This document shows, piece by piece, positions 46,146 to 55,249 of a stretch of DNA of 64,000 nucleotides. Every line of letters starts with the position of its first letter. Within the stretch, counting starts at the first letter, position 1. The notes under the pieces were generated by a model that was not told where the DNA came from, made no database searches, and saw only the letters and a program-made list of their open reading frames with translations. The stretch comes from Clostridia bacterium (lineage in GTDB: Bacteria; Bacillota; Clostridia; CAKSNL01; HGM11501), in the NCBI GenBank assembly GCA_045545475.1, contig JAZQAZ010000031.1:1-64000 (forward strand), written 5' to 3'. The translations under genes were made by a program, and so were the position numbers.

Positions 46146-48341
46146 TTAAACCAGTTTATCGCAAAGTGCGGAATATCTCTTTTTTTCCGAGTTGTTTCTT
46201 ACCATTTCCTCGCAGGCTTCCATCATTCCCACAAGGACAACCAGGGTTTTGGCTCGGGTTACGGCTGTGTAGAATAAATTCCTTGTCATAAGCTGGGGTG
46301 CACATTTATAAACAGGCATTATGACGCACTCAAATTCGCTGCCCTGGCTTTTATGCACGGTTACTGCATAGGCAAGAGTGATATGAGTCATCTGTTCATA
46401 TGTATAGTGGGCTTCACGTCCATCATCAAATCGGATTTTAACTGCTTTGTTGAATTTGTTTATGCTTTCGATTATTCCCATATCGCCGTTGAAGATGCCG
46501 CTTCCTTTTTCACTGTTTTTTGTCCACTCGATGTTATAATCGTTTTCCGTCTGCATAACTTTGTCGCCTTCACGGAAAATAATATCCGCCATTCTCAATT
46601 CGGCCTTGTTTTTATCGGGTGGATTAAGGGATTCCTGTAAAGATGAATTAAGGGCAAAGGTGCCGATTAAGGATTTTTTTATGGGTGTAACCACCTGAAT
46701 ATCGGTCATGGGATTAAAGTTATATTTTCTCGGCAGACGGTTTTTACAAAGGTCTGTTATAGTGTCGGTTATAGCCTGGGCATTTTGCCTCACCACAAGG
46801 AAAAAGTCATTATCGGATTTGTTGTAGGTTGGCATTTCTCCGTTATTGATTCTGTGGGCATTGGTTACTATCATGCTTTCCGCTGCCTGACGGTAGATGT
46901 AGGTAAGGTGAAGGGTTTCAACAGCCTCGCTTTGAATAATATCCTTAAGGACGCTGCCGGCACCTACAGAGGGGAGCTGATCGGCATCGCCGAGAAGTAT
47001 AAGTCCCGTGCCGGGAGCCAGAGCTTTGGTAAGGCTGTGCATTAAAAGCGTGTCCACCATGCTGACCTCGTCCACAATTAAAAAGTCAGTATCCAGCGGA
47101 TTATTTTCATCGTGGGAAAAGTAGGGGACATCCCCCTTTGAATATTCAATTTCAAGGAGACGGTGCAGAGTTTTGGCTTCACAGAGGCAGGCGTCTGACA
47201 TTCTTTTTGCCGCACGGCCCGTGGGGGCGGCAAGGCAATAACTTTGTCCTATTGCATTGAGGCAATGAATGATGGTTCTGATTATGGTTGTTTTACCTGT
47301 ACCTGGACCGCCGGTAATTACGGTGACTCCGCCGAAGATGGCTTTTTTAACCGCATATTTTTGTTCTTCCGAAAGAATAATTCCGCTTTTTTTCTCCGAA
47401 TTTCTTATATGGGCATCCAGGGATGAAAGCTCGTTTTCCAATGGATCTCTGCGAAGATGTGAAAGCTTTTTTGAAATTTCTCTTTCGGCATGATAATACA
47501 TGGCAAGCTGAAAACATTTACCTTCATCGTAGGATTCGAAAGCATAAAGTTCCCTTTCACGAAGAAGAGCGGTGTATTGGTTCAGCACAAGCTCCTCATC
47601 TACGTTTAGTAATCCGGATGCATATTCCGTAAGCTGAGTTTCAGGAAGATATGTATGGCCGAGCGTTGCTGCAACGGTGGATAAAACGTGGCGTATACCG
47701 CTTTTTATTCTGTCGGGAGATGATGTTTCGCCCTGCATTGCCATAGCAATTTTGTCGGCTGCTTCAAAACCAATTCCGTGAACCTTGTCACAAAGTACAT
47801 AAGGGTTTTGCTTTATCTCGTTTACGGCATTACTACCCAGTGTTGTGTGAGCACGCATTGCAAATTCAACGCTTACACCATAGTTTTGCAAAAACATAAT
47901 TGTGTTCTGAACAGTTCTTTTTTCTATATATGATGCTTGGATTGCAAAAGCTTTGTCCTTTGTTATGCCCTTAATCTTTGATAGCTTAACGGGGTCTGAT
48001 TCTATGATTTTTAATGTGTCGCTTCCAAATTCATCAACGATTTTACGGGCGGTGGCTTCGCCCACGCCCTTTATTATTCCGGAGGAAAGGTATAAAAGGA
48101 TGGCACCTGCTTCCTTCGGCATAAGACGTTCAAACATGGTGACGGAAAACTGCTCTCCGTAGGAAGGATTGTTTACCCAAGAGCCGGTAAGACGAACCTG
48201 TTCGCCGCACGCAAGTGAAGGCATACAGCCTACGGCACAGATTAAAGCGTTGTCGCTGGAAATGTCGCAGACGGTATACCCGTTGTTCTGATTTTGATAT
48301 GTTATGTGTTCAACTGTTCCTTCAAGTATCTCTGTCGACAA
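46146..48341 (-). CDS. recD2: ATP-dependent RecD2-like DNA helicase
   Basis: N-terminal OB/HhH, GGPGTGKT, APTGRAAKR, VDEVSM, GDADQLPSVG, YAVTVHKSQGSE, YTAVTRAK. Confidence 0.95.
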   Translation of the reverse strand: MSTEILEGTVEHITYQNQNNGYTVCDISSDNALICAVGCMPSLACGEQVRLTGSWVNNPSYGEQFSVTMFERLMPKEAGAILLYLSSGIIKGVGEATARKIVDEFGSDTLKIIESDPVKLSKIKGITKDKAFAIQASYIEKRTVQNTIMFLQNYGVSVEFAMRAHTTLGSNAVNEIKQNPYVLCDKVHGIGFEAADKIAMAMQGETSSPDRIKSGIRHVLSTVAATLGHTYLPETQLTEYASGLLNVDEELVLNQYTALLRERELYAFESYDEGKCFQLAMYYHAEREISKKLSHLRRDPLENELSSLDAHIRNSEKKSGIILSEEQKYAVKKAIFGGVTVITGGPGTGKTTIIRTIIHCLNAIGQSYCLAAPTGRAAKRMSDACLCEAKTLHRLLEIEYSKGDVPYFSHDENNPLDTDFLIVDEVSMVDTLLMHSLTKALAPGTGLILLGDADQLPSVGAGSVLKDIIQSEAVETLHLTYIYRQAAESMIVTNAHRINNGEMPTYNKSDNDFFLVVRQNAQAITDTITDLCKNRLPRKYNFNPMTDIQVVTPIKKSLIGTFALNSSLQESLNPPDKNKAELRMADIIFREGDKVMQTENDYNIEWTKNSEKGSGIFNGDMGIIESINKFNKAVKIRFDDGREAHYTYEQMTHITLAYAVTVHKSQGSEFECVIMPVYKCAPQLMTRNLFYTAVTRAKTLVVLVGMMEACEEMVRNNSEKKRYSALCDKLV

Positions 48342-48591
48342 CTGTAAGTACCTCCCTTATAAGATAGTGTTTTTCAAGATATTTAAAATATTTTTCATCG
48401 TATGTGTTGGTAACAATATAAACCGAATTGGATTTTGCATTTTCCGATGCAGCTAAAAGATGTGCAATGTTTTCTGGCGAAAGAGCAGTTATTATAATGC
48501 TACACTTTGGCTTTTCACGTATTGCCCAAAGTAGGACAAACATTGATAAAAATACAAAAACTGAAATTAACGAAATGATAACAGGAAACAT
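48322..48591 (-). CDS. Small membrane-anchored hypothetical protein
   Basis: RBS AAAGGAGG; N-terminal TM; overlaps recD2 start. Confidence 0.65.
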   Translation of the reverse strand: MFPVIISLISVFVFLSMFVLLWAIREKPKCSIIITALSPENIAHLLAASENAKSNSVYIVTNTYDEKYFKYLEKHYLIREVLTVVDRDT

Positions 48592-48636
48592 AAAATCCTC
48601 CTTTTTACCATGGTATGAAAAAAGAGGATTTTGGTG

Positions 48637-49137
48637 TTAAAATAAGGAGAATAAAAACTTTACTGCCTGAGAACCCAAAGTCATGATAATTCCGGCACTT
48701 ACGACACCTGCTGCTATTGCAGGGAAGCTATGCTTTATTCTCATATCAAGGAAGGAGGCCACCAGTGCCCCTGTCCATGCCCCTGTTCCGGGGAGAGGAA
48801 TTGCGACGAATATGAAAAGCCCTAATTTTTCATATTTCGTGATTTTATCCTTGTTTTTCTCAACCTTTTCTTCAAGCTTGTTTGCAAGAGGGGAGAATAA
48901 ACGGGTTTTCTTAAGCCATCTTACAATCGGTCTTGCGAAAAGAATGATAAAAGGAACTGGAACAAGGTTTCCGATTATGGAAACAACTAAAATCCACAGT
49001 GTATCAAGACCGAGAGCTGTGCCTACAGGAACAGCTCCGCGAAGCTCCACAATGGGAATCATGGAAATCAAAAATGTCATTATGTATTTCATGCCTTCGG
49101 AAAGGTTTGTAAATTGTTCTATGAAAAATTCTGTCAA
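48637..49137 (-). CDS. COG2426 / 'small multidrug export' family membrane protein
   Basis: SMIPIVELRGAVP, GNLVPVP, FVAIPLPGTGAWTG; TTG start 49137 after AAAGGAG. Confidence 0.88.
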   Translation of the reverse strand: MTEFFIEQFTNLSEGMKYIMTFLISMIPIVELRGAVPVGTALGLDTLWILVVSIIGNLVPVPFIILFARPIVRWLKKTRLFSPLANKLEEKVEKNKDKITKYEKLGLFIFVAIPLPGTGAWTGALVASFLDMRIKHSFPAIAAGVVSAGIIMTLGSQAVKFLFSLF

Positions 49138-49292
49138 CTTTGGACACTCCTTTTTGACTATTATATTAATCATACCTTAAATAAAGAATAATGTCAACGA
49201 AAATTTTATTTATAAAATTTATTTAATATACTTGATTTTTTATTTGAAATAGTGTATTATTAATTAGTTAGTATATAAAAGGAGTGAAGAAC

Positions 49293-50030
49293 ATGTCAGG
49301 CCATTCCAAATGGAATAACATTAAAAGAAAAAAAGAAAAGACAGACGGCGAGAGAGCGAAGATTTTCACAAAGCTCGGTCGTGAAATTGCCGTAATCGTT
49401 AAGATGGGCGGTCCAGACCCTAACGCAAATGCAAGACTTAAGGATATTATTGCGAAAGCAAAGTCCAACAATATGCCCAATGACAATATTCAGCGTTGTA
49501 TTAAGAAGGCAGCAGGCGAGGGCGAAGCAGATAATTACGAGGATATCACATATGAAGGCTACGGACCCAACGGTATTGCGGTAATGGTAAAGGCACTTAC
49601 CGATAACCGTAACCGTACGGCAGCCAATATGCGTCACTATTTCGATAAGTATGGCGGAAATTTAGGTACAAACGGCTGTGCTTCCATTATGTTTGAGAGA
49701 AAGGGCATAATCCTTGTTGAAAAAGAAAATGTTGCAGACGAGGACGAGCTTACAATGACAGCACTTGAATCAGGTGCACTTGATATTTCAGATAATGAAG
49801 ATTGCTTTGAAATTATAACAGAGCCTGCCGACGTATGGAACGTATCAGAGGCACTTACAAATGCAGGTGTTACAGTTTCGGATACCGAAGATACCTATGC
49901 TCCCATAACAACTGTTGAGCTTACAGATCCCGACCAGATTAAGAATATGACAAAGCTGGTTGAGATGCTGGAAGATGATGACGATGTTCAGGACGTTTAC
50001 CATAACTGGGACGAGCCCGACGAAGAGTAA
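49293..50030 (+). CDS. yebC: YebC/PmpR family protein
   Basis: MSGHSKWNNIK, YEGYGP, TDNRNRT, LEDDDDVQDVYHN. Confidence 0.95.
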   Translation: MSGHSKWNNIKRKKEKTDGERAKIFTKLGREIAVIVKMGGPDPNANARLKDIIAKAKSNNMPNDNIQRCIKKAAGEGEADNYEDITYEGYGPNGIAVMVKALTDNRNRTAANMRHYFDKYGGNLGTNGCASIMFERKGIILVEKENVADEDELTMTALESGALDISDNEDCFEIITEPADVWNVSEALTNAGVTVSDTEDTYAPITTVELTDPDQIKNMTKLVEMLEDDDDVQDVYHNWDEPDEE

Positions 50031-50038
50031 TTAAAATG

Positions 50039-50071
50039 AAAATGCTTCAGGCAAAGCCTGAAGCATTTTTT
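50039..50071. terminator. Bidirectional terminator, copy 1 of identical 33-bp hairpin
   Basis: AAAATGCTTCAGG-CAAAG-CCTGAAGCATTTTTT. Confidence 0.85.
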
Positions 50072-51963
50072 TAGTCTTCTTCTTCGTATTCTATACGGAA
50101 AGTTTTTACTATGGATTCAAATTCCTTTTCAATCTGCTCTGTATGTGAAAGTTCATCCGTTGCGGTGAAAATTATAAATGTAACGCCGTCCTTGTGTACG
50201 GTATAGCCTGTTGTATACAGAGTAGAATCATCGGATTCTGTTACATAGGAATAAGTGAAGTATTTGTTTCCGTTGAATTTTATGCTCTTAACATTTTCTG
50301 TAATTGTAACGCCTTCTTCTGCGGAAAGTTCACGTACAGCTTTTCTTGTAAGTGATTCAAGCTGACTGTCGGTAAGTCTGCCGTCTCCTGTGCTGCCAAC
50401 TATTGAAATTATTGCATCGCAGTATGCATGAGAGTAAATTGCACCTGAGATTGAAGGACTGATTACAGCATTCCAGATAGCGGGGATCTGCATGGACCAG
50501 TAGGAGTTTTTAACGGGGATGATGATGCCGGGGTCATTCTCATTTCTTAAAAGAGTACCGGTTGCATTTGCATCAAGTTCTTCGGCTTTGAGTGTGGCAA
50601 GGATTGCATCCACATCAAGCACTGCATCTTCGTCACGGTAGAAGCAGAAGTTGTATACATATTCGCCTTTGTCAAAGAATACATCTGTGGTTAAAGAATT
50701 ATCGCTTTTTGTTCCTTTGATTTCGTGTGTATAAATGTAGCATACGGTTCCGTTAATTTCTTTTTCGCTTACCGAAGAAACTGTTGAAAATTCCTTGTTG
50801 TAATATTTGGCTCTTGTTTCGCAGTCATTTTCTGCAAGCGTTTTAGCGTTTGCCTTGTCTGTTTTGGAGCTTATGAAAAGATTTACATATGAGTAGGGGT
50901 CATCATCTGTTTTAGTTAAAGCGTAGAAGAAACGTTCGTTTACGGAGCTTTCTTCCACAGAATAGTTGGCGGGAAGGCTTAAGCTGAACTTTAAGTCCTC
51001 GTCTGTATACTTTCTCATGCCGTCTTTAACTTCTGATAAATCATATACAGCATCGGTAAGTTCTTCGGCCTTGAAGGAATCAAGAATTGAAAGGATGCTT
51101 TCCTTTGCTGTTGCGTCGTTTCCGGTAACCTCAGTGAAAAAGCTGTAAACAAAATCTTCGGTACTGTATCTTCTTGCATCTATAAAGCTTTCGGAGTCCT
51201 TAACCTGTATGATGTAATAGGTGTTACCGTTTTCGTCTTTAAGAAGATCTGCACGAACTAAAGCACCCATGCTTGAAGCACTGCTCTTTATATCGATGAA
51301 ATCGCTTTCAATAGAAAAGTCTTCCGGATTGTCATATATATCAAGTTCAACCTCAGTGGTGTCGCCTGAGAATACAAGTTCTCTTCCGTCAAAGCTCTTA
51401 TAAGAGAGAGTGAGGTTTTTGGGAGTATTCATTGTCCAGCCGTAATATGAATCGCCGATTTTTTCTTTCTGTGTAAGTACAGAAACAGTTGTTCCGAAAT
51501 CATCGGCACTCTTGGTTACGGTAATGGCTCCTTCGTTGTAGCCTACCTCGGCACCAAAGGTTTCGGAGATAAAGCGGAGGGGAACCATGGTAACGCCTGA
51601 TGCTGAAAGAGTGGGAGCTACCGGTAATTCTTCTGTGTGGTCATTAACCTTTGCGATGCGGTTATCTATCTGAAGAATAATGGTTACGTCGGGATAATTT
51701 AAGGTTATGGTTTTTGTTTCGCCTTCCCATAAAACCTCGGCTCCGAAAGCCTCGGTTATAACCCTTAAAGGTACAAGTGTTGTACCTTCTCCTGCGATAT
51801 AAGGAGTTTCGACAGTAACTTCTTTTCCGTTGATTAAAAGAGTGGAATCTCCAACTTTAAAGGAAATCTCAATCTTTGAAGTATCTTTTTCTTCCTCGGC
51901 AAAAGAGGCGATGAGAGAAAAGGACATGGCGAGACATAAGAGTAAAGCAAGTATCTTTTTCAT
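50071..51963 (-). CDS. Secreted protein with N-terminal stalk (copper-amine-oxidase-N) domain and three PsbP-like repeats
   Basis: TTLVPLRVITEAFGAEV.W, TMVPLRFISETFGA; repeats such as FSLSLPANY...ILATLK. Confidence 0.75.
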   Translation of the reverse strand: MKKILALLLCLAMSFSLIASFAEEEKDTSKIEISFKVGDSTLLINGKEVTVETPYIAGEGTTLVPLRVITEAFGAEVLWEGETKTITLNYPDVTIILQIDNRIAKVNDHTEELPVAPTLSASGVTMVPLRFISETFGAEVGYNEGAITVTKSADDFGTTVSVLTQKEKIGDSYYGWTMNTPKNLTLSYKSFDGRELVFSGDTTEVELDIYDNPEDFSIESDFIDIKSSASSMGALVRADLLKDENGNTYYIIQVKDSESFIDARRYSTEDFVYSFFTEVTGNDATAKESILSILDSFKAEELTDAVYDLSEVKDGMRKYTDEDLKFSLSLPANYSVEESSVNERFFYALTKTDDDPYSYVNLFISSKTDKANAKTLAENDCETRAKYYNKEFSTVSSVSEKEINGTVCYIYTHEIKGTKSDNSLTTDVFFDKGEYVYNFCFYRDEDAVLDVDAILATLKAEELDANATGTLLRNENDPGIIIPVKNSYWSMQIPAIWNAVISPSISGAIYSHAYCDAIISIVGSTGDGRLTDSQLESLTRKAVRELSAEEGVTITENVKSIKFNGNKYFTYSYVTESDDSTLYTTGYTVHKDGVTFIIFTATDELSHTEQIEKEFESIVKTFRIEYEEED

Positions 51964-51978
51964 TTTATTTTTCCTTTC

Positions 51979-53079
51979 TTATTTTAATATATAAGGAACG
52001 GTTACGCTGAAAGTTTCACCGTTTCTTTTAATGGTTAAAACGATGTTTCCGTCTTTGGCTGTATCACGGAGTGCTGTGTTATAGTCAGTGATACTGTGAA
52101 CGGATACGCCGTTTACGGAAATTAATTCATCACCCTTTACGATCGATGCGTTGGAGGATGAAACAACGGTTATGCCTTTGGATGTGGGAAGACCTACACT
52201 TGCTTCCCATGAATTTTCAAGAGAAATTCCTATATCGGGGCGAAGAACCCTGCCGTTTTGCTCAAACTGAGAAAGTACGAAATTTATGGTATCCAGCGGA
52301 ATTGAGAAGGCGAGTCCTTCTATACCGAGTCCCACAAATTTTGAAGAATTGATACCCACAAGCTTTCCTTCCGAGTTAATTAAAGGACCGCCTGAATTAC
52401 CGCCGTTTATTGCTGCATCGGTCTGAAGAAGAGGATAATATGAATCTGTAGCAGCAACATTAACAGCACTTACTATTCCTTTTGTAACAGTGTTTCTCAT
52501 GGAAAGAGAAAGGGGAGTGCCTATGGCATAAACTGTCATTCCCGGAATAACAGTAGACGCATCACCGAAGCTTAAAGGCTTTAAGCCAAGTTTGTTTATT
52601 TTTACAACAGCAAGGTCTGCAATGGCATCTATGTACTGTACTTTGGCGGCGTAGTTACTTCCGTCGTGAAGAATTACGGTAAGATTTTCCATATCCTCAA
52701 CAACATGGGCATTGGTTAAAATGATTCCGGCAGACTTTATAACAACGCCTGTTCCGTGGGACATAAGGCCGAAATGGTTTTTGGCATTTCCGGTAATTGC
52801 AACAACGCTTTTACTTGCTTCGTTAATAGCGTCGGTAACGGTACTTTCGCTGTCGGCAGAATTTACAATGGCACTTTTAGTGTCGCCGTCCCAGGCAACT
52901 TCGGCCCCCATGGACTCCGATACTGCACGAAGAGGTACATATGTTACTCCGTCAATCAGGAGGGCGGGTGTGTCAAGCTTTTGGCCGTCCACAATTACCG
53001 AAACGGCATCGTTTGCCGTAACTGTTATGAATGAAACTAATAGTATAGAAATCAGCAGTATGTAAAGTGACTTTTTCAT
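51979..53079 (-). CDS. HtrA/DegP-like serine protease with N-terminal stalk domain and PDZ
   Basis: TNAHVV, DLAVVK, QTDAAINGGNSGGPL; C-terminal PDZ; TYVPLRAVSESMGAEVAW. Confidence 0.9.
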   Translation of the reverse strand: MKKSLYILLISILLVSFITVTANDAVSVIVDGQKLDTPALLIDGVTYVPLRAVSESMGAEVAWDGDTKSAIVNSADSESTVTDAINEASKSVVAITGNAKNHFGLMSHGTGVVIKSAGIILTNAHVVEDMENLTVILHDGSNYAAKVQYIDAIADLAVVKINKLGLKPLSFGDASTVIPGMTVYAIGTPLSLSMRNTVTKGIVSAVNVAATDSYYPLLQTDAAINGGNSGGPLINSEGKLVGINSSKFVGLGIEGLAFSIPLDTINFVLSQFEQNGRVLRPDIGISLENSWEASVGLPTSKGITVVSSSNASIVKGDELISVNGVSVHSITDYNTALRDTAKDGNIVLTIKRNGETFSVTVPYILK

Positions 53080-53108
53080 AAAAAACTCCTTAATATTATA
53101 ATAAACTT

Positions 53109-53137
53109 ATTATATCACATATTCAAAGTGCCGTCAA
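53109..53137 (-). promoter_or_regulatory. sigma-A promoter of HtrA-like gene
   Basis: Minus strand TTGACG-N17-TATAAT with TG extended -10. Confidence 0.6.
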
Positions 53138-53265
53138 TAAATATATGTTTACATACTAACACAATTTTAGCGGAAAGTCAAGCCCTGACGAATATAAAAT
53201 GAATATAAATATAATATACATTAATGGATATAAAAATATTATAATTATATCAAGAGGTGATGTTA

Positions 53266-53448
53266 ATGTCTAAGGGGAGTATAAAGATAAATAAAAAAGG
53301 CGATGACGGATATAAAGTAATCTCTGTACGGATAAAAGAGGGGACACTTAAAAAGATAGATGATTTGTCTACAGAAAGCAACCGTTCAAGGAATGAGCTT
53401 ATAAATATTTTGCTGGAAAGCTCCGTTGATGATGTGGAAATAAATTGA
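53266..53448 (+). CDS. Ribbon-helix-helix (CopG-like) protein
   Basis: VISVRIKEGTLKKIDDLSTESNRSRNELINILL; RBS GAGGTG. Confidence 0.85.
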   Translation: MSKGSIKINKKGDDGYKVISVRIKEGTLKKIDDLSTESNRSRNELINILLESSVDDVEIN

Positions 53449-53481
53449 AAAATGCTTCAGGCAAAGCCTGAAGCATTTTTT
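53449..53481. terminator. Bidirectional terminator, copy 2 of identical 33-bp hairpin
   Basis: Sequence identical to 50039-50071. Confidence 0.85.
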
Positions 53482-55249
53482 ATTCGTACTGTGAGTTGTA
53501 CATTGATGCATAAATTCCGCCCTTTTCAAGCAGCTCTTTATGCGTGCCGTGTTCTTTTATTTCACCGTCATTTATAACAAGTATGACGTCGGCGTTTTCG
53601 ACAGTTGAAAGACGGTGTGCTATTACAAAGCAGGTTTTACCTTTCATAAGGGCGGTCATGGCAGCCTGGATTTCCTTTTCGGTGCGGGTGTCAACGTTGC
53701 TTGTGGCTTCATCAAGAATAAGCATTTTGGAGTCAAGAAGCATTGCTCTTGCAATTGTGAGCAGTTGCTTTTGCCCCTGAGAAATGTTTATTCCGTCCTC
53801 TGAAAGATAGGTGTCATAGCCATCGGGAAGTGCCATTATGTAGTTGTGGATTTTAGCAGCTTTTGCACACCTTACCACATCCTTGCGTGTGGCGTTTTTG
53901 TTTCCGTAGGCAATGTTTTCATAAATTGTTCCGCCAAAGAGCCATGTGTCCTGAAGCACCATGGCGTAGGATGAACGCAGTGAATCTCTGGTTATGTCAA
54001 GGTATGGCGTGCCGTCAAGAGTTATTTCACCTGTTACAGGATCGTAAAACCTCATTAAAAGATTTATTATAGTGGTTTTACCTGCACCTGTAGGTCCCAC
54101 AATTGCAATGAGCGAGCCTTTATCTGCTTTGAGATTGACATTTTTTAATACAGTTTTTACACCGTCATATGAAAAATTTACATCTTTCAATTCCACATTA
54201 CCGCAGACGTTTTCCATAGACTTAGCACCGGATAAATCGGCAGGTTCGCTTTCTTCATCGATAAGGCGAAAAACACGTTCCGCAGCCGCTAAGGATGACT
54301 GAAGCTCACTTAAAATGTTGGCAATTTCGTTTATGGGGCCGGAAAATTTTCTTGAATACAAAACAAAGGTGGATAAATTACCCGGTGTAAGCTTGCCTTT
54401 TAAGAAAAGTATCGCCCCAAACATACTTATAAGAGCCAGAGACAGATTGTTTACAAAGTTTACAGAAGGCCCCATGGTGCTTCCGTGATACTCTGCTTCA
54501 TAGTGGGCACTTACCGCATCAGTGTTTTTATCGTCGAAACGGTCAATCATGACTTCTTCCGAATTATATGCCTTAATGGATTTTTGCCCCGTTATGATTT
54601 CTTCGGCATATCCGTTAAGCTCTCCCAGCTTTGCACTTCTCTTCTTAAATAAGGGACGTACCTTTTTTGCTTTGTATCTTGTCATAAGAAGGGAAATGGG
54701 AATGGTTATCGCAAATACCAAAACCAAAACCGGAGAAATTTTTATCATCATGAAAAGTGAGCCGAGGATTGTTATGGCACTTGTTGATATCTGAACAAAA
54801 TCGTGGGATAGGGATGAGTTTATTGTGTCAATGTCGTAAGACATTCGGCTTACTATATCTCCTGTCTGATGGCGGTCAAAAAAGCTTACAGGCATAGAAA
54901 GGAGCTTGTCCGATAAATCCTTCCTCATTTTGTAAATTATTTTCTGGCTTAAATTCACCATTAACACAGAAAGGGCATAGGAAAGAAGCGCAGAAAGTGC
55001 GTACATTATAATCATTAATGTGCAGTAGTAAAATACCTTTGGAAAATCCGCTTCGCCCTTTGAAAGGCCGATTGCATCGATGGCGTTACCGGAAAGACGG
55101 GGACCTACAAGGGAAAAAACATTGCTTGTTACGGTTAAAAGAATTGAACCAAGGAGCATTAATTTATGCTGCATAAGATATTTTCCGAGCCTTAGCAAGG
55201 TTTTCTTTTTATCCTGTACCTGATTTTTTTCGTTTCTTTCCTTACTCAA
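53480..55249 (-). CDS. ABC exporter, fused permease/ATPase (heterodimer subunit 2)
   Basis: 6 TM; GPTGAGKT, ISQGQKQ, LILDEATS, IAHRLST; TTG start 55249. Confidence 0.92.
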   Translation of the reverse strand: MSKERNEKNQVQDKKKTLLRLGKYLMQHKLMLLGSILLTVTSNVFSLVGPRLSGNAIDAIGLSKGEADFPKVFYYCTLMIIMYALSALLSYALSVLMVNLSQKIIYKMRKDLSDKLLSMPVSFFDRHQTGDIVSRMSYDIDTINSSLSHDFVQISTSAITILGSLFMMIKISPVLVLVFAITIPISLLMTRYKAKKVRPLFKKRSAKLGELNGYAEEIITGQKSIKAYNSEEVMIDRFDDKNTDAVSAHYEAEYHGSTMGPSVNFVNNLSLALISMFGAILFLKGKLTPGNLSTFVLYSRKFSGPINEIANILSELQSSLAAAERVFRLIDEESEPADLSGAKSMENVCGNVELKDVNFSYDGVKTVLKNVNLKADKGSLIAIVGPTGAGKTTIINLLMRFYDPVTGEITLDGTPYLDITRDSLRSSYAMVLQDTWLFGGTIYENIAYGNKNATRKDVVRCAKAAKIHNYIMALPDGYDTYLSEDGINISQGQKQLLTIARAMLLDSKMLILDEATSNVDTRTEKEIQAAMTALMKGKTCFVIAHRLSTVENADVILVINDGEIKEHGTHKELLEKGGIYASMYNSQYE

